NCBI GenBank assembly: GCA_051362555.1
Contig: CM120649.1
Location: forward strand, 19,358,567-19,422,566
DNA length: 64,000 bases
DNA from: Lingula anatina
Lineage: Eukaryota > Animalia > Brachiopoda
Reading direction: 5' to 3'
In this document: positions 10,801-24,500 of the stretch, piece after piece
How the letters are laid out: each line of letters starts with the position of its first letter
Position numbering within the stretch: position 1 is the stretch's first letter
Made by a program: the position numbers and the translations under genes
The notes under the pieces: generated by a model
What the model was told of the DNA's origin: nothing
Seen by the model: the letters and a program-made list of their open reading frames with translations, nothing else
Database searches by the model: none

Positions 10801-13800
10801 AAAGGGATATAATTATAACTCTTTTATTATCTCTGACCTCTCCAGGAAGATGTTCTAGTCAGCAGGTTCGAGAGTAGTTCTGTAGCCTCGGAGCAGGAGC
10901 TTGTGCATGTAAGTGCATTTAAAACCACAGCATATCTCCTAAACATGACATCTACTCATAGCTAGGTCTATAAGTGATAGGGGGTAAGTGATGGCTACCC
11001 TCCCTTCTCCAATTGGCCCCAAATTCTGCTCCCAGAAGAAGAGGGAATAATTGTTTTTAAGGAAACCTAATCAGTGTCAAGTCCTTATTTCATTTCAGTT
11101 AATATTATATTTATTGTCCTTGCAAATTACCAGAAGTCTTTTGATGAATACCATTAGTAGTAAATGCCAAAACACCGGTTTAAGTAAATATCTGATTTTG
11201 TATTTTCAGATAGTGGTTATAGTTTTGAGGACTTTGGGTTTAGATGCAAGGCTGGTGTTATCATTTCAACCTATTTCCCTCAAACCTCCAGGAAAAGTAA
11301 GTTTACCCTAGTAGATTCCTTTGATAAATACTTCTTATTCTTTAGATTTACATGTATTACGTTTGAGGTTTGACTCAAATATCACTACATTGTACATGTT
11401 CAAAACATATTGAGTAGTTTTAAAGGTCCACTTGATGTTGTCTTCTTCACTAAAATAACAAAACCCTTGCATTAATGCATGCTGAAATGAAATATGTATG
11501 TTTTCTTTCAAAGGTGTCCAAGCTAACATTAAAGGAAACAAGTCCTGAAGTTTTATCTCCAAGTTCAAGCAAGAGTCTTCCAAACAGTCAAACCCTCCAA
11601 AATGACAAGAAGAAGACTGAAGCTACACAGAAAGAAGAGGACAAGAAAAGTAAAAATGCAGCAAAGAGTGCAAAGACTGAATCAAAAAGCAAATCAAAGA
11701 ACCTAAAATCAGAATCCAGTGGGAAAAATAAATTGCAATCAAGTGCGAGCAAATCTGAGAAATCTACTGAAAATTCTTCCTCAGATTCAAAGGAATCCAA
11801 GACATCTCAAAGGTTGAAGACTAAAAATAACCAGAAGAGAAAATGTGCCTCCAAAGTCCCAGTAATTGACCTCAGTGACCCCAGTAGTGATGAGGAGTGG
11901 GAGGAAGTGGTGACACCTAGTGGCAAGTTTGGGAATAAAGACAACATGAGTAGTGTCAAGTCAAAGAAGAGAGCAAGGAGGAAGAACTTGGAGAACAGTG
12001 GGTAGGTGTAAAGGAAATGTTGTTTAATGTCCCCTGATAGTGTGTTCTATCTATGCATTCATCACAACACAGACTGCTGTGTTCACAGGTTAAGACAAAA
12101 GTTTAGTAATTATGATGTAAAAGGTGATGAAAAATAATACCTCCACTGTCATATACGTTGTGAATGTTTTACTTGAAACTTGGCATAACAAATTGACTTA
12201 AAGGTGTTGGATTACTACCTTGCACTATGTAGGTAATGTGACAGGATATCACACCTAACACACTGTCATTATCACACCTAACACAATGTCATTGTCACAC
12301 CTAACACACTGTTGCTGTGTTCACAGATCTGACAGTGACTTTGACGTGGAAGTGATCAAATTCCGCAGCCCTGAGAGAAGTGGTCGGGGTGGCAAGAAAA
12401 CCAAACAGTCCAACAAGAAAGTGGTGAGCTCGGACTCTGATGACAGTGTCAAGATCACCAAAACCATGGTTAAAGAACAAGGTATGTCCCTTTTTGGGCA
12501 GGAGAAAGTGGGTTTGGAGGAATTCCTGTGGACTTGACCAAGTGTATACTTGTGTAAACTGAAAATATGCCATAATGCTTGATTTGTGATATGGTAATGC
12601 AGGTGATTGGATGAATTTTAATGTTGAAATATTGCTTGCTGTATTATAGTATGATATACAATATAAATTGTAATGTAGTAAACTGTAGTGTATTGTAACC
12701 CAGTGTAGTGGAGGCAGTGCATACCATTGTATTGCGTTATGTTGTTTATTTTACCATATTGTATTGTGACAGTACTCTTTGCATTGTATTACATGTCATC
12801 GTACATGTATTGCTGTTTCAACAACCTGTTCCTATCTCCAGGCTCAGATCAGTGGGTGGAGGTGTACTTGGAGTCAGATGGACAGTGGATATGTAAGTTA
12901 CTATAATAGTGTTCACACTAATGCCAGTAGCGTTGATAATACAATAACATATGGAGTGACTATTTTGTTTTAATTTAAATCAGATGTCTGAATTTTCTTT
13001 GGCTTTTTTCCACATTAGGCAGCCACTAGATCCCAGTCGTAAAACCACCATCAATATGCTCCTTATTTTTTACAACCTAAAATTATGTCTGATATTAGCA
13101 GAGGGTATCATGACTATATAATTTGCAATGTATACACAATTGGGTAGATTTCTTAATCCAGGTAAGATGACTAGTTAAAGTAAGGTGCTGTCTTTTGTAC
13201 TCAGTGTGATCTGTTGTAGAAGTGGCATTGTTCTGTTATTTGAAGTGTAATAATTCCATGTGATATATTCCAGGCATTGACTGTGTAAACAAAAGACTTC
13301 CCAAGCCCCATGAGCTGGAGAGAAGTGCAACGCAGCCAGTCAGCTATATCCTGGGATTTGAAAATGGTAAAGATGCCAGAGATTGTGGTCCATTGTGAAT
13401 TTGAGTTTTTACACCTAGTCTCAGATAAAAAAATAAAATCTGAAATAGTTTCCAGGTTTCCTTGGCAAATATGACAGAATATGTTTGGAGTTTCTTAGTT
13501 TGTATATTTGCAGTTTTCAGAACTGTTCTGTGCATGCATCATTATATTTGCCTTTTATTTTGCAGATGGAAGCGTGAGAGATTTGACCCAGAAATATGTC
13601 TCTAAATTTTCATCGCACACTCGTAAACTCCGCACTGACCAGGAGTGGTGGACGGAGACGCTGGGTCCGTACAGGTCAACCAACCTCCATAGAGAGATGA
13701 GGGAGAATGAACATCTGCAAAGTGAGGGGAAAACTTGGAATATTGAACTCTGTCTCAACTAACACAATGGTTTTGTGAGGTCTTCACACCTAACACAATG

Positions 13801-16800
13801 GCTTTGTGAGGTCTTCACACCTAACACAATAAAAATTGGCTGAAAATCATACCTAACATCATGCACTGTCACAAAGTCTCTCATTTAACATTTAACACAA
13901 TATAATGTGACATAGTTTTACAGCTTTATTCTTAAACAGAACGAGGTTAGTGAGAAAATTACAGTTGTAAGGTAGCAGATAGTCATATTTTATGTACATA
14001 TACTAAATTTTGTATTTCCAGTGCAGCAACTGAAGCAGCCATTTCCCACAAGTATAACGGAGTTCAAAAACCATCCACTGTGAGTACAAATGTTATCACT
14101 GATATCAACATTTGCTGAAGATATCACCTTGCTTTATACAGCACTTACTTTCATAATGATAATGATAATGACCTTTAAATGGCAGATCTGTTGAAAACAT
14201 TTGTATTGCCTTTATCATGAATTTGAAACCAGCATTGTGTTAAAATGAAAATAAAGCTTATGTTGTGATACAGGCAACACTAGCACAGTGACATCCATCT
14301 TAAAATTTTTGTTGAGCAAATGTAACAAGAATGTCAAAATTTAGTCTTTAATGTAAAGTTAATCATAAGTTCCTATGAAAAGCTTTGTGTACTTATTTCA
14401 GGTATGCCCTGAAGAGACATTTGCTGAAGTTTGAGGCTATCTACCCTGACACTGCAGTACCGCTAGGATATATCAAGGGAGAGCCAATATATGCCAGGCA
14501 GTGTGTACATACTGTGAGTGGAGCAGGGCATAATATCACATCTAACACAATATTACATCTTACACAATATCACATCTAATGTAACATACAGTGAGTTAGG
14601 ATGTTAAAGCAACCTTACAGCACTAGACAGAACAAATTTGATAAAACTTAAATATTTCAAAATTTCATTGATAACATAAAATGTTTGCTGTTATTTGCTT
14701 AAATGAGCACAATACATGTATGTTTCAATTAGTGTTGTCAGAAATGCCCAAAGATGATCTTTTACAGTTAACTTTGATACATCAGGTAAGAGATCAGTTC
14801 AAAACCAGGCATACTGTTTTATCAATACACATTTCATCACACTAATAGTCTTGACCTTCATTCCAGTTATGTTCAAGGCAGACGTGGTTGAAGGAGGCTC
14901 TGGTGGTCCGAGTGGGAGAAGAGCCATACAAGAAGGTCAAGGCCAGGATGACCAAGAACAGAGCCAGGACGAACAACGAGGAGCCACTGTTGGAAGTGTT
15001 TGGTCGCTGGCAGTGTGAGGACTATATCCCTCCCCCTGCTGTAGATGTAAGACTCTTTATAACCTTCACAGCTAACACAATGTTATTGTGAGATCTGCGG
15101 CAGGTGGAAAGACTCTCTGTCTCTTTTTTTCTTTTTCATTAAAATTCAACTTTTTTCTAGGTTCAGAATATTAGCCTATGACAGAAAAGAGTTCTGACAT
15201 AAATTTGAGTGAACGTTCCAATAAAATTTAACTTGATTGTGTGTAATAAAATCCATGTCATTACTATATTTCAGGGCAAGGTGCCCCGTAATGAGTATGG
15301 TAATGTGGAGCTGTTCAAACCCTCCATGTTGCCTGCTGGGACAGTCCACCTACAAAGTAGGTTAAGTCTGGATGTGACATTTTTTTAAAACTTTGACCTC
15401 CTACATCAATCTCGTTTAACCATACAGTAGCAGTGAGGCTGCTATCTAACTGTATATAAGCTAAGGCAACCCACTACACTGCTGTTTACCTTTCTTCTCT
15501 TGTTACAGTATTAAATAAGCACTAGATGCATTTCTGTAATTAGACTTTAAGAAAGTTCTCATAGCTAAACATAAAAATTCAAGAATGCAAGGAATAAAAA
15601 AAATTGTTATTAACTTCAGTTCCAGGATTGAATCGTGTAGCCAAGAAGCTGGACATAGACTGCGCGGCGGCCATGACAGGCTGGGATTTCCACAGTGGAT
15701 GGGCGTGTCCTGTGTAAGATATATAGACAATTGTCACAGTGTACTAAACCTTCACAGTCTAGATCTGTGTTTTGAGAATATAGAATGTTTTTGATATTAT
15801 ATGTATATATGGATAATATTTTATGTAATATATAGCATGATTATAATTTATATACCATATCTGTTTGATATAATATATGAGGTGCTGTATTTCAGGCTGG
15901 ATGGCTGGATAGTTTGTGAAGAACACAAAGACATCCTACTGGCAGCCTGGGATGAGGATCAGGAGGAACAAGAGAGGAGGGAGGCTGAGGTAAGAGCCTG
16001 GATCACATAAGGGAAGGGTATTACATATAAAGTACAGTGGGAGGGAGGCTGAGGTAAGAACCTGGATTAAGGTAGGATCAAGAGAAAGAAGAATAAAGAA
16101 AGGTAAGAAGAGGAAGGGAGGGGAGGTGGAAATAATTTTATCCAATACTTAATTAAATTTAATTTATCTATGTACAGTACTGTTTCACAATATAATAAAC
16201 ATACATGTATGTATTATTTAGATTTACAGCTTTAAGACATTTAGAGCAGTTAGATGTACTCTCATATAGGAAATGATTTAATATATGTATTTTCTTTATC
16301 AGAAAAAAGAAAAGCGAGTACTTACTAATTGGAAGACCTTGGTGAAAGGGTTACTGATAAAAGAGAGACTGAAACGCAAGTACAATCTACAGGTTTGTTA
16401 TCTGTTAAAATATTGTGTTTTGACATAGGTAGTCATATTTCAAATATAATAGAAGTAAAATAATTTTATATCAGACATCAAGGTATAAATCATGAAAATA
16501 TTCAGAGAAATGATAGAAAGAAGATTTTTTGAGAAAGTGTGAAATTAAAATTGCAACAAATTTTTATCAAATGTATATTAATTATTAAAATGCAGAAATA
16601 GTGCAAAATTTATACAATAATTTGTATCTTAATTAGCTAATATGTTTAGGCTGCATTTCCAGACCTGAACTCAATAAAACCAGAGTACTTGTACATGATC
16701 TATTTATTTCTTGTCATCAGGCAGCTCCAGACCTGGAAGATGATCTGTCTTGTTCCCAGTCTACAGGAGAGACATCTGGTGGGGAGAAGGCAATGGACGC

Positions 16801-16885
16801 AGCACTGTCATGGCCGCGGAATAGAATGGAGGAGAACAATACAGCCCTGGATCAGAGCCATTTGTTTCCCTCTGAAAAACTCTAA
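7893..16885 (+). CDS. XPC: DNA repair protein XPC (Rad4 homologue), ~19 coding exons
   Basis: Spliced segments: [172 protein letters not shown], ending SHLFPSEKL* (stop 16883-16885). The start codon is least certain. Confidence 0.95.
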
Positions 16886-16983
16886 TTTGTTGGAAATTTT
16901 TCTACCTAACACTTAGTTGTAAAAAATTGTTACTGCTCTTGGTGGGAATTATTTTCTTTCTCAACAGTGTATAGAAGACTATG

Positions 16984-16989
16984 AATAAA
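16984..16989 (+). terminator. Candidate polyadenylation signal of XPC
   Basis: AATAAA ~100 nt after the stop codon. Confidence 0.4.
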
Positions 16990-17522
16990 CATGAACATGT
17001 GGAAATGGCTGGTCACATGCCCAAAAATGAGTTAATTGAAATAAGAAATAATATATTATTGGAGCATTTTCTTTTTTACTCTAAAAACTCAAAAAGTTTA
17101 TTGTTTACTAGTTAAATACATGCACAGAACTAGATGACATATTTTAGCTGCCATATTTCACACATCAGATAAATCATATAAATGTTTAGTTCAAAACCCA
17201 TCTGTTTTAAATGTGGACACTTTATATGCAACAGATGAACAAATGATATTTTTGTACTGCATATTTTTTTTATGAAAAATTGTCAAATATCTGTTCTTTA
17301 CCTTCTTTGTTTTTAGTTTAAAAGTAAACTAAACCGTTAGAATCATGTGGATACTTTGTCACAATGTGTAGAAGATAATCTATTAGAGCTATATGATTAA
17401 TAATATAATAATAATACATTACCTGTGTGCAGCTTATTTTTATGTTGTTTTTTGTTATATAGAGAAAATAAGAAATTGAACCTCTGTATAACTTTGAAAC
17501 GTGCAACAAACTTACATCATAT

Positions 17523-17556
<34 letters not shown>

Positions 17557-17984
17557 ACATGTGAAGGTCAAGTGCAGGTGCCCGTTGCGACCTTGACCTA
17601 ATTTCTAGTCAGGAAAGTAGACCCCGCCATATTTGTATGGTGCATTCATTTTAGAGTTTTTAGGACGAGTGATACTGCCAATTGCGATATTAGAATTTGT
17701 TTAAAAACGTGGGATGTAAGCAGCTCAGTCGTAACAGTGTGTACCCGTTCAATAAACAGTTACCGCGAGCCAGAAGGACAGGTTTGATACGTTCTATCTC
17801 TCTCACTTCAGAACACGTGTAATACCAATGAAAGACATTCTTTAATAAATTTCCTTGTGCATGGTTATCTGCTATGGGAGCTCTATAACTGCTTTTGACT
17901 TTGAAAGTTTATCTTCACGTCTTAATTGATAACTGTAAATAGTAGCAGCCCAGGAAGTACGTGTTTGGATGATAGTGAAGTAAG

Positions 17985-18544
17985 ATGGCTGGCACCTGGT
18001 TCCTGCTCATGTCCGTTCTGATGATGTCTGGCATACAGACTGCAGCGTCGCTGACAGGGTTAGTCTTAAGAAATCATTATTGAAGCATTTTAAAGTAATT
18101 TTGTTAAATGTTCTTATAATGTAATAATTTATGGTTTTTAGAAAAGCCTTTTTTGTGCCATTTGGGAGCGAGATGAGTCTCTCCAGCAATAAATAAATAA
18201 ATAAATAAAAAGAAAAAATCAAAAAAATTTACACTTCATCATTTGTCATTGACTTCCAGCCATGTGTGTACAGCCAGAACAGGTTACATATCCACAGGTT
18301 ACCGCCCCAGCTGGCAGGCCGACTTTACCAAATATTTCCTCAACTGTGGCTTCATGGGGTTTGGCAGGTGTAGCAGGCAAAGGTAAGTTGCTTGAAAGAC
18401 ACCATGTTGTGCAAACGTAAGACAAATTTTTAATGTTTTCTTCTTGGGTAAATATATAGATTGTCTGAACTGGCATGTAGTTGGCAGTGAGCGAGAAAGA
18501 TTTTAAGCATGGCTGTTGGAAAAAAAAAATATATGTATATATTT

Positions 18545-18581
<37 letters not shown>

Positions 18582-21500
18582 CAGTGTTATAATTTACTGA
18601 TTATGTTTGTTAATTGTTCCAGACAAATGACGCGGCAGACCAGCACTCTGCAGAGATACAGGATGTACAGGTTAGCACAGGTGTGTTGTTCTGGCTGGAA
18701 ACAGGTGGGAGACACCTGTACTACAGGTAAGATATCCACAGTTATATAATACAGGTTAGAACAGGTGTGTTGTTCTGGCTGGAAACAGGTGGGAGACACC
18801 TGTACTACAGGTAAGATATCCACAGTTATATAATACAGGTTAGAACAGGTGTGTTGTTCTGGCTGGAAACAGGTGGGAGACACCTGTACTACAGGTAAGA
18901 TATCCACAGTTATATAATACAGGTTAGAACAGGTGTGTTGTTCTGGCTGGAAACAGGTGGGAGACACCTGTACTACAGGTAAGATATCCACAGTTATATA
19001 ATACAGGTTAGAACAGGTGTGTTGTTCTGGCTGGAAACAGGTGGGAGACACCTGTACTACAGGTAAGATATCCACAGTTATATAATACAGGTTAGAACAG
19101 GTGTGTTGTTCTGGCTGGAAACAGGTGGGAGACACCTGTACTACAGGTAAGATATCCATAGTTATATAATACAGGTTAGAACAGGCGTGTTGTTCTGGCT
19201 GGAAACAGGTGGGAGACACCTGTACTACAGGTAAGATATCCACAGTTATATAATACAGGTTAGAACAGGTGTGTTGTTTTGGCTGGAAACAGGTGGGAGA
19301 CACCTGTACTACAGGTAAGATATCCACAGTTATATAATACAGGTTAGAACAGGTGTGTTGTTCTGGCTGGAAACAGGTGGGAGACACCTGTACTACAGGT
19401 AAGATATCCACAGTTATATAATACAGGTTAGAACAGGTGTGTTGTTCTGGCTGGAAACAGGTGGGAGACACCTGTACTACAGGTAAGATATCCACAGTTA
19501 TATAATACAGGTTAGAACAGGTGTGTTGTTCTGGCTGGAAACAGGTGGGAGACACCTGTACTACAGGTAAGATATCCACAGTTATATAATACAGGTTAGA
19601 ACAGGTGTGTTGTTCTGGCTGGAAACAGGTGGGAGACACCTGTACTACAGGTAAGATATCCACAGTTATATAATACAGGTTAGAACAGGTGTGTTGTTCT
19701 GGCTGGAAACAGGTGGGGGACACCTGTACCACAGGTAACACATCCACTGTTTACAACATATATAAAACCTGACATGCCATAATTGATTGTCATTCCTGTC
19801 ATAACAATTTTCAAGACCCTGTTCAGTCATTCCAAGGGACAGACAACAATTTTAATTCAGGAATATAGAGTCAGTCTGGCAAAAAAGTCTTTGGTTTGGC
19901 TAATTTTTCATAACTGTCTTTCTGAATCCAATCCTCATCACATTTCAGCAATCTGTACAGGAGGCTGTGGTAGTGGTGGGGAGTGTGTGGCACCTGAGAC
20001 ATGTAATTGTCCACCTGGATACCAGGGATCAAAATGTGACATTGGTAAGTGACACTGTCAGTGACAGTTTACATTGACATTGACAGTTGATATTGACAGT
20101 AACATTGACAGTGAGTCGTTGACAATGACAGTTGACAACGACAGTGACACTGACTATGACAGTTAAGGTTGACAATGACAGTTGATATTGACAGTAACAT
20201 TGACAGTGGCAATAACAGTTGACAATGACAGATGACATTGTGACAATAAAATGTGAAGTAAGGGACAGAATACTTGCTGGCAGCTCACTTGTTGAAATAG
20301 GAACATTAGAAATTTTAAATCAGAACTAACTGTATATATGTTATTATGGTAAATAAACCATTACATTAATATTATAAAATAAACAGCAGATCTCTCTTTA
20401 CTGTGTTACAGATGTCAACGAGTGTGACACCAACAATGGTGGCTGTGCCCACACCTGTACGAACACGGCGGGAAGCTACTCGTGCTCATGTAACAAAGGC
20501 TTCATACTGTCTGGCACACATGGATGTGAAGGTGTGGCAGGAGCTGATATAAGAAGAGAAAGTAAATCTAACACTGGACTTCCTAAGTTGTTGGCTGCAT
20601 TCACAACAACAGACAAAGACCGCATTCCCAGAGATTAGATCGAACTACTTTAGATCGACCTAACTCCCTGGGGGTTCACGCTAAATAGCTGTCAGCCGAG
20701 CGGGCACAAAAGTTAATTACCCCCTTACAGCTTGTAGTAGGCGGGGACGGACATTTAAGCCGGATTATCTGACAGTAATCTAGTGAGACTCCCCGCGGGT
20801 ATAGATCGATCTAAAAGCTCTGGGAATACGCCCTATGACCGCATTCACAACGAGTTGAGCCATGGCTCTACAAATCCACGAACTAAATATGGCGGACGTA
20901 CATGAAAGAAAAACTGCCTAATCTTTTAATAGTCTCTCTGCCTCTCACACACCTCCCCACGTGTTGTCCCTGCGGGGGTACAGTCATTAAATCTCCATTG
21001 GGACGACGCATGGGGAGGCGAGTGAGAGATGGAGAGACTATTAAAAGATTAGGCGTTTTTTCTTTCATGTACGTCTGCCATATTTAGTTCATGGATTTGT
21101 AGAGCCATGGCTCAACTTGTTTTGAATGCAGCCTAACTAGTCTGTGGATCAAATATGGCCAACCACTTGAATCCTTGTGTGATCTTGATAAGTCTGTCTG
21201 TTAAGGGTTTAAAAGGTGGGTCGCCATATTTGAGTCGTGGACTCTAGTCAGCAGCTGTTGTGAATGCGGCTATAGATGTAAACTGATCCAATGACCAATC
21301 TTTACCATAAAGATGAGTGACGGGCAGGATTGGCCAGTCACATGACAGGTCTAGTGTTAGACGGAGTTTTTCTTCATAAGGGATGTTACACTAATGGATG
21401 AGTCGGAACATTACTAACCATGTTTAAATTTGGTTGAAGAAAAAATTTGACTGTTGTTTGACACGCGTATTTGTGGTTTGCTTGAACACTTTGATTTTGC

Positions 21501-24500
21501 TGAAAAAGTTAAAATGAAAAAATGAAAAAAAAAAAAGACATTTTGTTGTCTTGATTAGACTGAAACTGATGAAGTATTCTCTTACAGAGGATTTTGTGGC
21601 TGTTAGCACAAGAACAGTTCTGGGCAGGTTGAGGATTCTTGATGCAAAATATCCATATTCTTCTGACCTTAAGAACCCAAAATCTGCACTTTACAAGCAG
21701 TACGAGAGTATTATCAAACAGCAGGTATAGTATTGTAATGATCTTTATTTTTTTATCAATACAATGGGCCTGTATAGATGAGTTATAAGTTTAATTTGTT
21801 GATGTCTTAAATCTGTGACCTATCAGATATTTTTTTTCATTCATCATTCTTGTTTAACAAGAGCCCTTGCTGTCCTTTAAACACTTCGTAACACTTAGGG
21901 CGTATTCCCATAGATTTTAGATCGATCTATCCCTGTGGGGAGTCTCACTAGATTACTGTCAGATAATCCGGCTTAAATGTCCATCCTACCTACTACAAGC
22001 TATAAGGAGGTAATTAACTTTCGTGCCCGCTCGGCTGACAGCTATTTAGGGTGAACCCCCAGGGAGTTAGGTCGATCTAGTTTGGATCGATCTAATCTCT
22101 GGGAATGGGGTCTTAGGTTCTGTATTCACAAAATATGATACTTTTAGTTGAGCTTTTTTCCTTCCGCATATACTTTAGAAATAATTTTTTTTCTGCCACT
22201 TAATTGTAAGTGAAACTTATTTCATATTAAAAAGCAAATTAGAATAAGTATTTATATGAGGAGATATATGTTTGCAAAAGTCTTCAAAAAAAAAAGAAAA
22301 AAGGGGATAATAGCTGAAGAAGCGTAGATTTTCACGTTTCCAGATAGACAGTATTATCATGGGGAGCAAATTTGGATCATTTTATGACAGATCTGAAATA
22401 ACGGGCTTCAGGTAGTGGGTCAGTTGCCATAGTAACACTGACTGACACGTCAATTGTTGTACATGTTATTATTTTTTTTCTGATGTTTTCAATTTGTTTG
22501 GATGTTAAATCTAACAGTGTTTTAATGGACTTTTAATGAATTTATTTTTCTTTGCAGATCTTGATTTAACATATCACTTTTATGTTGTCAAAATTTCAGG
22601 TTTCATATTGATCTGTTAACATGTTTGAATTTTTTTGACAGTCACATGCTCATTAAAGTGATAGAAGAGCAAAAACCTTTAAAAAAATGATAGTTTGCCA
22701 GTATTTTCATTAAGTTTCTTACTTTTCCAGCCCCAATGCACCTTCCCCCTTTTTTTTTGTATTTTACCCATTATCATATATCATATACAGTGGTAAAATA
22801 AATTCTTTAAAGGCATACATGAAATTTGTTTGCTTGTATGGATATATTAACTTCATCAATTATTATTTACTAATTAATTCCAACCATGTGTGTAATAAAT
22901 ATGATGACTAAGGATAATATTTGTATTTATATTTTATATAGTGATAATGAAGTCAAGGCAGAGTTTGTCATGTTCTTCCGCGGAGACGTCCTGACAACAC
23001 AGCAAACCAGTAAGGCAGGAAACAGCACTTTAAGAGACTTAATGAACAACTTTATAAACCGCACTAAGATTGGACATGGCCTTGTTCTTCTGGATTCTTT
23101 TAGAATTTTAGAGAATGCGACTGAATTGTGGGCAGGTAAGAATGGATATGGCCTGTGTTTTATGACCCATCACATGTCAGCTGCTTTAATTACAAGAATC
23201 TGTGCATTCCTACTTTTTACATCTGAGCTTGCATAAAATTTAAATAGTAGATTATTTTTTGAAGAGAAGGCACAAACAGAAAAGCCAACATCTGCCACAG
23301 AAAATAAGATTCCACCACAAGATTTAGTATTATCTACAAATGGTTATCAACATTTTTCAAGTTGAAATATTCCTGTCTCCTTTTCCAGGAGAGCAGACCC
23401 TATCTCCCGACTCAGGACGCTGTACAGACTGCCAGGCAGGATACTACTGCACTCTCACCAAGGAAACTCCCTGTGGCAAAGGAAAATACAGTAAAGAGGG
23501 CGCCAGCTCCTGTGACTCCTGTCCCGCTGGGTATTACTGCCCATTGTCCAGTACCTCTGACCCACAGCCGTGTCCAGTGGGGACGTTCTCCCAGCCAGGT
23601 GCTGTGATATGCTCACCCTGTCCAGTGGGGACTGAATGTCCACTGACTGCCATGAGTTCTCCTTCACTGTGCCAGAATGGGACATACTCTGACAGCAAGG
23701 GGACAGTGAATTGTGATCTTTGTCCTGCAGGTAATAAAACCCTTATAAGAATGTGATGTTTTAGCCAAAAGAATGAATTTAACCATAGTCTGGATAACTA
23801 AGGACTGTGACATTGCAAGTTTGTTGTTAAGTAGAAAAGACAGTATGCCATTTTAACCATTTATTACTATTCGAAATTAATAACATGAAAAAAAATGTAA
23901 TTTTTTTGTTTGAAAGGAGTAATACACTGAATCCTGTTGTGAAAATTTTAATGCATGTTCAGAAATTGTATTACATGATGGAAAAGTCTTTCAATTTCTT
24001 TTAAGGTAAACAGTGTGAAAACCCGTCAGAGTCTCCAGTGCCATGTAGTGTAAACACCTACAGTCTGGCTGGGTGGTCAGTTTGTATTCAGTGTCCACAG
24101 GGTCACTACTCTGACTCAAAAGGGTCAACTACATGTATCCCATGTCCAGCCGGTCATGCATGTCCGACCAGCTCAGAACCGCGGACTCTCTGTCCAGCCG
24201 GTACCTACAGCCCAGGTGGACTGTCAGCATGCTTGAATTGTCCAGATGGACACTACGCTGATTCCAAACGGTCAGCTGCTTGTGCCCCGTGCCCAGCCGG
24301 TCACTCCTGCATTAACAAAAATGACTCCCCAGTGTTGTGTCCAGCAGGGTTATTCAGTACTGGTGGACGGACAGAATGTATCAACTGTTCAGACGGAGAT
24401 TACACCACTGATAAAGGGTCAAAGTCCTGTTCTCCCTGTCCAGCCGGCCACTCTTGTGTTGACCAGGGTAACCCCCCTGTCCCCTGTGGTCCTGGGCAGT

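Larger units (their letters stand above)
18260..20531 (+). other. EMI domain + EGF + calcium-binding EGF exons (18260-18382, 18623-18726, 19949-20044, 20412-20531)
   Basis: HVC...[10 protein letters not shown]...[21 protein letters not shown] (EMI pattern); [29 protein letters not shown]; [31 protein letters not shown]. Confidence 0.75.

Noticed and set aside
17526-17553. Poly-A run as a retrocopy tail
   Set aside because: No upstream processed-gene or SINE body or TSD was recognised.
18587-19747. 386-aa minus-strand ORF
   Set aside because: Antisense read-through of the 84-bp minisatellite; no independent gene features.
18666-19748. CRISPR-like appearance of this and the 63-/91-bp arrays
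   Set aside because: Units are wholly repeated with no unique spacers, there are no cas genes, and the context is eukaryotic.
20883-21087. Mirror-image 61-aa ORFs on both strands
   Set aside because: Artefact of the palindromic MITE B.
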